NCBI RefSeq assembly: GCF_000025925.1
Contig: NC_014033.1
Span: forward strand, 2,100,001-2,132,000
Reading direction: 5' to 3'
Length of the DNA: 32,000 bases
Source of the DNA: Xylanibacter ruminicola 23
GTDB taxonomy: Bacteria > Bacteroidota > Bacteroidia > Bacteroidales > Bacteroidaceae
The translations under genes were made by a program, and so were the position numbers. Below the pieces are notes generated by a model. It saw nothing but the letters and a program-made list of their open reading frames with translations. It ran no database searches and was not told the DNA's origin. Positions 1 to 7,072 of this stretch are shown here, piece by piece. Position 1 is the first letter of the stretch. Every line of letters begins with the position of its first letter.

Positions 1-2369
1 GAAGGATTGCATTCGATGGCAATATGCCTATTTTCAATCTTTTCTAACAATTGTTCCTGTATTTTTTCAAGCAATCTTACCCACTCTTCCCTATAATCTA
101 GAGGAATTGTTAGAGTATCACCAACATTCCCCTTATCTGCATATCTATCAGAATGATATGCATCGTAAAGTCGTTTTGCGCGTTCGTTGCGTAGTGCGAC
201 CTCAGTCCATTCATGATGATTGATGGCTGCCTTAACCCAAAGATAATCAATACCAGTCAAACTATTAAGATTCTTTGGTTCTAGATCCACACCAATTTTA
301 GGAGAATGGCCTCTTAACAACCATGATAAGTAATAGTCCCGTATATCATCCGATAGTTCATCTTCATTTTCTTCTGTAAAAAAGGAATCAATGATGCTCT
401 CACCTTCTTCCTCGTGATTCCTGTATATTTCTGTAAAATACTTCAAGAACATAATCTCTAACCACCCACATAGCTGTGTATATCCTGTCAAACGAATGCA
501 TTTATGGTAAAGCCAAGCAAGATTATCCAACACGACCTGTTTACTTGCACAGATAGAGAAGCTACGCTTTGTATAATACTTAAGCACATCTGTTCCAAGA
601 ACAAGAGCGTGGCCTAATCTGTCTCCATTCTTCAAATTTAGGAATATAAGCGCTTCTTCCACTGCTCTTAATCCATCTGCTATATCCATAAAATCCTCAC
701 CTATATGATAAGTAACGTTTAGGTCGTCAGGATAACTATCCACATTATTATCATTCTCGATTTTATGAGATCTAAGAAATCTAAAAGCCTGCGCATACAC
801 TTCTGGTCGGCAGAATATCTCAGAATTGGCAGCATCTAAGCCAACCACTTTACCTACCAGACAATTACCGTCTTTCCAATTATCCTTGTTACACCTAAAC
901 TGATATATAGCATAAGCCTGTCTTTTTATTTGCTGGCGCAGATCATAATGCCTATATGATTTGTTTTTCCTCTCATCTCGCTGTTTAATAAAATGGAATA
1001 TAAAATCATAGTTATCAGTATATTTAGGATCTATCTCTTTACATATATCATTAAGCATTTTCACTATACCTGCTTCGGTTTCTTTGGGTACAATTCTAGC
1101 CTCCAAATGTCGCTGGTTATTTTTATCCTTTTCCAAAAAGCCTTCTATGGCAGCTTTGTATAGCAGATGATAATATTCATCTTGTATGAAATCTGTTTTC
1201 TTCTCTTCATAACTGGCAAAGTTAGCAAAGCCTACACGTTCATTAAGCTGCAGAATGTCATTTCTAAAGTAATTCTTATATGCCAAATATGCAAAGAAAA
1301 GAGTCGCAAGGTCCTGCTTTTCATTCGTTTTATCATTAAATAAGGTTTTAAATACCATATACATTAATTTTCTCTCCGAAGCAAGAACTTTGTTTTCAAT
1401 AGACTCACCACTATAATGACTAATAGGTATATAATCTAGGACGTCTAATTCAGTCAGATTATCTTTAATGTTGGGATTTGTTTTCAACTTATTAAACTCC
1501 TCAATACTTTTCACTTGATTGCATTTCCTTGCTTCACTAACTAACCCAAATACATCTACCGGCTCTTGACTCTTAGTTTTATCGTAGGTAACGTTATTCA
1601 ACTCATTACATAATTGGCCTAATGTAATTATCTCTTTCACACAGCCTACGGCTCCTGCCAAATAATAGCGGATAAGTGCCGCCTTTCGCATCTTCTCATA
1701 TAAGTCCTTATCGCTATCTCTATATTTATGGAATGGATACTCCTTCTCAAAGTGGCGCTGCATACACCAAATATTATTCATCATGCATTGCCAACTCAAA
1801 TCGAAATTAAACGACGAACCCTTCAAATGCATATGGAGTTCCGCCATAGGCTTTTCAAAAAGGAAGTTAAGTTCTTTGCTGTTATGGCCCAAGAATGCAT
1901 CCCAATCAAAACTCTTACGTTCATATTCTATGGCCAAGTCTCTTGAAGCCAAGAAAGAAGTTGTCAGTAAATCCTCCCCGACCAACGTTGTTAGCAGATG
2001 CCATCTTAGCAAATAATCATAATTTACAAGAGGATCACCCGTTTTTACCAATAAACATTTGGACGTAAAATAGAGTAGCAAGTTAAATACCGATGGAGTC
2101 TCATGAAAGTTGAGAGTCATACAGGATTTGTCTTTCTCCATCCATTTAAATTCTACAATCTGGCCTAGCATTGATATTTGATCAATCGTTCTGCCTGCAT
2201 CCACTTTTAGCAATCTGTTTACAATCATAGACTCTTCAATTTCAGAATCAATATGCAAAGGATTTAGACAAGCAGATTTATCTTTCCACAAATAGCCAGC
2301 TCTTTCTAATATTTCATCTCCGCTTATTTTAACGAATATCGCTTTAATAGCAGTGCTTATATTTTCCAT
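1..2369 (-). CDS. Large adenosine/AMP-deaminase-fold metal-dependent hydrolase, 3'-truncated by the window edge (N-terminal 789 aa present). RdrB-like in size and motif spacing.
   Basis: Absent from the ORF track because no stop codon lies inside the window. My own translation of the minus strand from ATG 2369..2367 (MENISTAIKAIFVKISGDEILERAGYLWKD...) stays open to nt 1 (789 codons + 2 nt). Ordered amidohydrolase/ADA motifs are present: PMAELHMHLKGS (H179-x-H181, nt 1835..1827), TYHIGEDF (H555, nt 707..690), GDRLGHAL (nt 626..603) and IAIECNP (nt 23..3). The C-terminal part, including any SxxxDDP motif, lies outside the window. Confidence 0.7.
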   Translation of the reverse strand, partial: MENISTAIKAIFVKISGDEILERAGYLWKDKSACLNPLHIDSEIEESMIVNRLLKVDAGRTIDQISMLGQIVEFKWMEKDKSCMTLNFHETPSVFNLLLYFTSKCLLVKTGDPLVNYDYLLRWHLLTTLVGEDLLTTSFLASRDLAIEYERKSFDWDAFLGHNSKELNFLFEKPMAELHMHLKGSSFNFDLSWQCMMNNIWCMQRHFEKEYPFHKYRDSDKDLYEKMRKAALIRYYLAGAVGCVKEIITLGQLCNELNNVTYDKTKSQEPVDVFGLVSEARKCNQVKSIEEFNKLKTNPNIKDNLTELDVLDYIPISHYSGESIENKVLASERKLMYMVFKTLFNDKTNEKQDLATLFFAYLAYKNYFRNDILQLNERVGFANFASYEEKKTDFIQDEYYHLLYKAAIEGFLEKDKNNQRHLEARIVPKETEAGIVKMLNDICKEIDPKYTDNYDFIFHFIKQRDERKNKSYRHYDLRQQIKRQAYAIYQFRCNKDNWKDGNCLVGKVVGLDAANSEIFCRPEVYAQAFRFLRSHKIENDNNVDSYPDDLNVTYHIGEDFMDIADGLRAVEEALIFLNLKNGDRLGHALVLGTDVLKYYTKRSFSICASKQVVLDNLAWLYHKCIRLTGYTQLCGWLEIMFLKYFTEIYRNHEEEGESIIDSFFTEENEDELSDDIRDYYLSWLLRGHSPKIGVDLEPKNLNSLTGIDYLWVKAAINHHEWTEVALRNERAKRLYDAYHSDRYADKGNVGDTLTIPLDYREEWVRLLEKIQEQLLEKIENRHIAIECNP

Positions 2370-2434
2370 TTCTTTTTCCGTGAAGATTTAGTAATAATTA
2401 TTATGTATACGGGAATTTATATAAATTTCCCTTT

Positions 2435-2442
2435 TAAGTTTG
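2435..2442 (+). promoter_or_regulatory. Candidate -7 box (TAAGTTTG), back to back with the minus-strand box
   Basis: TAAGTTTG matches TAnnTTTG. There is no clean -33 TTTG (only TTTA at 2416-2419). It lies 189 nt upstream of ATG 2631. Confidence 0.2.
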
Positions 2443-2473
2443 CAAATATAATAAAAATCTCATTACCACCAAA
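2443..2473 (-). promoter_or_regulatory. Candidate Bacteroidetes-type promoter for the deaminase gene
   Basis: On the minus strand: TTTG (2473..2470), a 19-nt spacer, then TATATTTG (2450..2443). This matches the -33 TTTG / -7 TAnnTTTG consensus and sits ~74 nt upstream of ATG 2369. Confidence 0.4.
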
Positions 2474-2608
2474 CAAAATGCGCGAAAAATAACAGAAATG
2501 AGGTATATAACCATTCTGCTGACAGATTTGACTGTCTTAATTGAATGAATATCCCCCGATTTTGCGAAATAAAAATTTAGAAATACTATGAGTCTGAAGA
2601 AAATTGCG

Positions 2609-2616
2609 TATATTTG
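2609..2616 (+). promoter_or_regulatory. Candidate -7 box (TATATTTG) immediately upstream of the 775-aa ORF
   Basis: Perfect TAnnTTTG, but only 15 nt before ATG 2631 and without a -33 element at the proper spacing. Confidence 0.2.
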
Positions 2617-2630
2617 TCGGCAAAAAATAA

Positions 2631-4958
2631 ATGCAGATGATGGAGTTTGAAGAGGTAATCAATGATGAAATTTCTGTGGTAGTAGGTATAGTAACTGCCA
2701 TATTGGGTATATCGTATCCTTTACTCTTGCAGGTGATTGAGAGAATCGATACAAAATATAATTCGCGTGCCATAATATCCCTACTATGCAGATCCTATCA
2801 ATACAGATTGTTTGTAGGAATACTCTGCCTAGATGTTATGCTTCTATTTATATCGGTAATCTTACAAGAGTTTGCAGAACTAGAACTGATAGGAAATACA
2901 CTTAGATATGTTTCTATGGGAGGCTCTCTACTGTTAGTAGTATGCTTCTTCTCTCTTTGCAAAAAGATAATGATGTTTTATCGTGCAGATAAGTTAGCTG
3001 CCTATTTTGAAAAAAGCGACCATTATAAGTTCTCTATCATAAGGCTTCTAAATAACAAACATCATAAGCCATGTAGGTTGGCAAGAATTTGGCTAGCAAG
3101 GAATCTTCTTCTAGAAATTCCTAAAACGGAATTGGCTGCATGGACAGACTTTATGAAGTATCTTATTTCAACAGATTCTGGTGATTTAATTGTTGATAGC
3201 TATCAATATCTTTACTCTCGAATACGCCTCTATCGTTCTTGTTATGACAAAAAAGAACCTATTGTTTACAACAAATACATTAACAAGGCAGTAGTTGCGA
3301 TTAATTCTGCTATATGTAAATCATCAGAACGTCAATTCTCGTTTACAAACTCTGTAGCTATGTTGTCAGGTTATAGTGGGCAGTATGATGGAAAGATAAA
3401 TGGTGTTGAACTGAGGAATACCTGTTGGAGATGTCTTATAGAAATGATATATACCGACCGCATGGATTTGCTGTACGATTATTGGGAGTATGCCGACCAA
3501 AGATTAAGCCTATTTCTCAAAAGGAAACAAGGCAGTGAGAGTGATGAAAGATACATCGCGAAATATAAGGAGTTCTTTATATTCTTATGTGCGCATTTGT
3601 TATATAGCAAAAAGCACGAAGCGTTATCTAGATTGTTGTTTTATAGTCATAACATACCTCCTATGTACGATATGCTACCTAATAATTTTGTTGAGGTATT
3701 CAGGTGGTATACCAAACTTTACCAAGATTCTTTTCGTACAGGATTCATATACGAATCTCAGTACACATTCTATGATGACAGAGACCCATTAAGTTCGGGT
3801 ACTACAAGAAATGCAGCCTTGGACTATCTTGCAGTTCTTACCATGAGATTACTGTATATCCCTCCGATTTATTTCAATGATAATGTTTTTGTTTATAATG
3901 AAGAATACGAAAAGACTCCTATAGGTGTGAAGAGCTATATTGATGCGTGTAATGATTTGATTATAAGAGCGGAAGCATTGGATCAAAACATCCTTAATAA
4001 ATTATTCTCTAAGTCTCAGTATAAAAGCAATATGGTAGTTGTTGATTTCCTGAAAGGATATTTGCAGCATCTGAATTCTCAGGCTCAAATAATAGAGAAA
4101 ACTCAAGAGATAAGCCCTGATATCATTAAAAAGGACAAGACTATAGTCGCGGCTCATTTGGAGCGATATATTTCCGAGTTTAGTGTATTTCTGACATCAA
4201 ACACAATAATGCCGGAATTTGATGCGGAGAATGTTACTGATGCTTTCCACAAGTCGATACAAATGAATAGTTGTACTAGCAAGCAGATCTATCCTTCGAA
4301 TTATTTTAAGGAAGGCCAGATTGTTGGTATAGCCAACTTTGCAGAAGCCATTTCTGATGAGATTAATTATAATTTTGTTAGAGGTATTGATACATGGTTT
4401 ATGGCACTTGGTGGCAGCCCTATAAATATTTCTAGTCAAAATATGTATGAGGCAATCTATAAACTGTGCCCTGATGTGGATAATGATGTGCTTTTATATT
4501 TTGGTTATAAGGAGTCCTTTGTTCATCTAATGGGTAATCATTATAAAGAGGATGGTGGCGTGTCTACTGTTGATGACAGAGTGATATATTTCCTTCCGGA
4601 TATTATTCCGTTCAATAACAGGCTGATAGTGGTGGATAAACGAAAAATGCCCAAACTGGCATTACGCGAACCAAAAGAAGATACAAGGAGACTTTTCCAA
4701 TATGAAAGGATATCTGCGAATTATCCTATATATTGGGGATTGGTAGACCTAAAAAATGATTCTGTGTTACGAAAAGAACTATTGAATAAAAACTATGATA
4801 TTAATGATTTGAAATCACAAAGTTATTTAAGTATATACCTATATGCTGATTTCTACATACCTAGTGATTCCATCAGATGCCATATTGCAATGATTGATTC
4901 TTACTCATCAGAGAAAGATGAATTGGATAAAATCAGAAAGATAAAGTTAAATAATTAG
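2631..4958 (+). CDS. Hypothetical 775-aa membrane-anchored protein (about 3 N-terminal TM helices plus a large soluble domain of unknown function)
   Basis: Long ATG-initiated ORF. Hydrophobic stretches are VVVGIVTAILGISYPLLLQVI, LFVGILCLDVMLLFISVILQ and GGSLLLVVCFFSLC. I recognise no catalytic motif in the remaining ~650 aa. Confidence 0.8.
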   Translation: MQMMEFEEVINDEISVVVGIVTAILGISYPLLLQVIERIDTKYNSRAIISLLCRSYQYRLFVGILCLDVMLLFISVILQEFAELELIGNTLRYVSMGGSLLLVVCFFSLCKKIMMFYRADKLAAYFEKSDHYKFSIIRLLNNKHHKPCRLARIWLARNLLLEIPKTELAAWTDFMKYLISTDSGDLIVDSYQYLYSRIRLYRSCYDKKEPIVYNKYINKAVVAINSAICKSSERQFSFTNSVAMLSGYSGQYDGKINGVELRNTCWRCLIEMIYTDRMDLLYDYWEYADQRLSLFLKRKQGSESDERYIAKYKEFFIFLCAHLLYSKKHEALSRLLFYSHNIPPMYDMLPNNFVEVFRWYTKLYQDSFRTGFIYESQYTFYDDRDPLSSGTTRNAALDYLAVLTMRLLYIPPIYFNDNVFVYNEEYEKTPIGVKSYIDACNDLIIRAEALDQNILNKLFSKSQYKSNMVVVDFLKGYLQHLNSQAQIIEKTQEISPDIIKKDKTIVAAHLERYISEFSVFLTSNTIMPEFDAENVTDAFHKSIQMNSCTSKQIYPSNYFKEGQIVGIANFAEAISDEINYNFVRGIDTWFMALGGSPINISSQNMYEAIYKLCPDVDNDVLLYFGYKESFVHLMGNHYKEDGGVSTVDDRVIYFLPDIIPFNNRLIVVDKRKMPKLALREPKEDTRRLFQYERISANYPIYWGLVDLKNDSVLRKELLNKNYDINDLKSQSYLSIYLYADFYIPSDSIRCHIAMIDSYSSEKDELDKIRKIKLNN

Positions 4959-5025
4959 ATTTTGACAATATTACTTGCTTTATTACGCAAAAAAAACTTA
5001 TTAATTAAAAAAAATATTGATTAAT

Positions 5026-5058
5026 TTATATAATAATCAAAATAAAAATGTAACTTTG
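5026..5058 (+). promoter_or_regulatory. Candidate promoter for the 89-aa/345-aa gene pair
   Basis: TAACTTTG (5051-5058) matches TAnnTTTG, 42 nt upstream of ATG 5100. A TTTA (5026-5029) lies 21 nt upstream as an imperfect -33 element. Confidence 0.3.
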
Positions 5059-5099
5059 CAGCAAAATTGTAGCAATAATTCATTCATTCTAAGGCTATT

Positions 5100-5369
5100 A
5101 TGGGAAAAATGTCTATTGTTGATCCCGCATTAAACAAGGGGTACGGAATGCTTAGCGTTCTAGAGCAGAGTATTTCTCCTGCTGAGGTAAGGCGCTTGGA
5201 ACGTTTGGGGTATATTGAAAATGCAATATCTCCACAAGGAGCAACATGGCGACTTTCTGCAAAAGGAAAGCGTATGCGTAAGAATCTCATGAAAGGTAAT
5301 TCGTTTGCCATGCGATGCAGTGATTTCTTCTTCAAGCATGTGTTACGTTATAATGTGAGCTTGGAGTGA
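5100..5369 (+). CDS. Small 89-aa basic protein, possibly winged-helix-like
   Basis: ATG ORF whose TGA (5367-5369) overlaps the GTG (5366-5368) of the next ORF, suggesting translational coupling. The LERLGYIE...WRLSAKGKR segment resembles a wHTH recognition/wing region, but this is weak. I prefer it over the antisense ORF 5084..5335. Confidence 0.5.
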   Translation: MGKMSIVDPALNKGYGMLSVLEQSISPAEVRRLERLGYIENAISPQGATWRLSAKGKRMRKNLMKGNSFAMRCSDFFFKHVLRYNVSLE

Positions 5370-6403
5370 AAACGTATTATGTTTTATGGGTGCCCACATT
5401 GTCGGAACTAAAGCACCCCTTTTACTGCAGAGAAGAAGTTAATCATAAGTTAGAAGATTCAAAATGTCTTGGTGGTTATCATTTGAAGGGGCGAATAGAT
5501 TCGTCCCTTGATATTGAGATAGAGTACCGTAGGACGGGAGTCTATGGCCTATGGGAAAAGTTTATAGGCAAAAAGCCTGGTGTTATAAGACTGCATAAAG
5601 AGTCGGATATACTCAAAAGGGGATTTGTGCAGTATTCGAGTGAATTGCCAGAAACTGAACTCGATGAAATTCAAAAAGGATTGTGCGGAGTCCTAAAGTC
5701 GCCTATCTATCATTTTATAAAAGAATTCTTCCATAACCACACTCACCATCATGCTTCACAAGATAGCTTGTTGCAGGCATACGCAAGCCAGGAAATGGTG
5801 GATTTGAATTCTACATATGAAGAAATAACGCTTCACTATATCCATCAGTATCGGGATTTATTGATTGACTTCAATGAAGAGACTTCAGAACAGATTGTCC
5901 TTCTAAAAAATCGATTAAACCATGCTCGTCAAGTTAAGCAAAGCATAAATGCATTAGGCGATATCGTTAAGGCCGGCGACGACCTTAAGGGACAATTGGG
6001 TTATATGGATTTCCTGATACAGAGACTTGCTAGACCCTATAGCATACCGAAGGGATTGAGAAACGAGATTGAATTATTAAGAAACACAACTCGACAGATA
6101 TTAGATGATGCAAATACCTCATATAATGTGTCAACGGCAGCCTTGGGGATTAAATACGGCATTCAGGGTATTAGATTTGGATGTTGGGGCATAATTGTTA
6201 GCTGTGCGCTTTTTGCAATTTCTACCTATATCACCTGTAGCAACCATACTATTGAGGATGCTGTTGAGAGAGCTAAGCAGGAAATCATTAAGAGAGATAG
6301 TACTAATTATAAGCAAGTTACGGATTCAATACGAAACGACGTAAGCAAGGTAAAACACAATATTGATAAACTACAAAAGGAGGTCAGAAAACAAAGAAAG
6401 TAA
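5366..6403 (+). CDS. Hypothetical 345-aa protein with a His-rich patch, a C-proximal TM helix and a C-terminal coiled coil
   Basis: GTG start overlapping the upstream stop. HNHTHHH patch, hydrophobic segment FGCWGIIVSCALFAISTYI and a K/E/Q-rich tail. I recognise no family. Confidence 0.65.
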   Translation: MKTYYVLWVPTLSELKHPFYCREEVNHKLEDSKCLGGYHLKGRIDSSLDIEIEYRRTGVYGLWEKFIGKKPGVIRLHKESDILKRGFVQYSSELPETELDEIQKGLCGVLKSPIYHFIKEFFHNHTHHHASQDSLLQAYASQEMVDLNSTYEEITLHYIHQYRDLLIDFNEETSEQIVLLKNRLNHARQVKQSINALGDIVKAGDDLKGQLGYMDFLIQRLARPYSIPKGLRNEIELLRNTTRQILDDANTSYNVSTAALGIKYGIQGIRFGCWGIIVSCALFAISTYITCSNHTIEDAVERAKQEIIKRDSTNYKQVTDSIRNDVSKVKHNIDKLQKEVRKQRK

Positions 6404-6411
6404 TCTTCTGG

Positions 6412-6749
6412 TGCAAAAAACGGTCGATATCCACTCCACCCAATTAGCTAAATCGGAGCATGTTTTTAGGAACGGCCTCTGTCCTATACAAAAACAGATA
6501 ACGGCCAAAATTTTCTTCTGTTATTGCTGCCATTGTACTTAAATATTTAATTCGGCAGCCGCTCCAGCTATGCTGGCTTCGCTCGTCAAAGAAAGGTAAT
6601 CACTTTATTCAGCCCCTGCCGCTCGGCTATGCCGCTTTCATAAAGAAAGAATACGTCTTTTTTTCATGCTTACGCCATTAGGATGAACTAATCAGAAAAG
6701 TGAACGGATATCCCCGTTTTGGGTGGGTGGATATCGACCGTTTTTTGCA
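6412..6749. mobile_element. MITE-like non-autonomous element (~338 bp) with ~31-bp terminal inverted repeats
   Basis: TGCAAAAAACGGTCGATATCCACTCCACCCAA (6412-6443) versus its reverse complement at 6719-6749 (TTGGGTGGGTGGATATCGACCGTTTTTTGCA); one single-base indel. There is no ORF inside. The interior carries two related ~35-bp units (gccgctccagctatgctggcttcgctcgtcaaagaaagg / gccgctcggctatgccgctttcataaagaaag). Confidence 0.55.
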
Positions 6750-6750
6750 A

Positions 6751-6963
6751 ATGGACACCAACACACGTCTGGCCATGCTGCAGATACTAGAAGAAAGGTA
6801 TGAGAGGAAGTCCGTTATCATCGTCTCTCAGCTGCCTATTAATAAATGGTATGACTACATTGGAGATCCCACTCTGGCCGATGCCATCATGGACAGATTG
6901 GTGTCAAATGCGAATAAAATTGAATTAAAAGGTGATTCTATGCGTCAGAAAAAGAAAAAATAA
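6751..6963 (+). pseudogene. istB: istB remnant (C-terminal 70 codons only)
   Basis: Encodes MDTNTRLAMLQILEERYERKSVIIVSQLPINKWYDYIGDPTLADAIMDRLVSNANKIELKGDSMRQKKKK, identical to the C-terminus of the intact IstB (13108..13839). In the track ORF 6700..6963 the first 17 residues are read out of the MITE-like repeat. Confidence 0.85.
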
Positions 6964-7072
6964 TTATCTTTGCACCCAGTTAGGCAGAGTCGATGATCAT
7001 GGTACCGTTTGCAGCGATACGGACGGTACCGATTACAGTGTTACACTTGGTACCGATACAGCGATATCAGCA
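6751..7072 (+). mobile_element. Truncated IS21-family copy (istB 3' end plus istB-proximal terminal repeat region)
   Basis: Near-identical by eye to the reverse complement of 12976-13320 in the intact copy. I saw two substitutions plus the absence of one 23-bp subterminal repeat unit. It ends ...GATATCAGCA at 7072, like the intact element's terminus. Confidence 0.85.

Noticed and set aside
1728-2016. Two plus-strand ORFs (72 and 77 aa) in the first 2.4 kb
   Set aside because: They lie antisense to the long open deaminase frame, which carries strong ordered catalytic motifs.
4959-5099. AT-rich 140-bp spacer with A8 runs, considered as a possible terminator or small RNA
   Set aside because: There is no convincing stem-loop followed by a T-tract. 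The composition is typical of Bacteroidetes intergenic and promoter DNA.
5084-5335. 83-aa minus-strand ORF overlapping the 89-aa plus-strand ORF
   Set aside because: The plus-strand ORF has a promoter-like box upstream and a GTGA coupling to the next gene. The minus-strand ORF has no such context.
6700-6963. 87-aa ORF annotated as a possible intact small gene
   Set aside because: Its first 17 codons come from the MITE-like terminal repeat and the rest is the last 70 codons of istB. It is a junction artefact or pseudogene.
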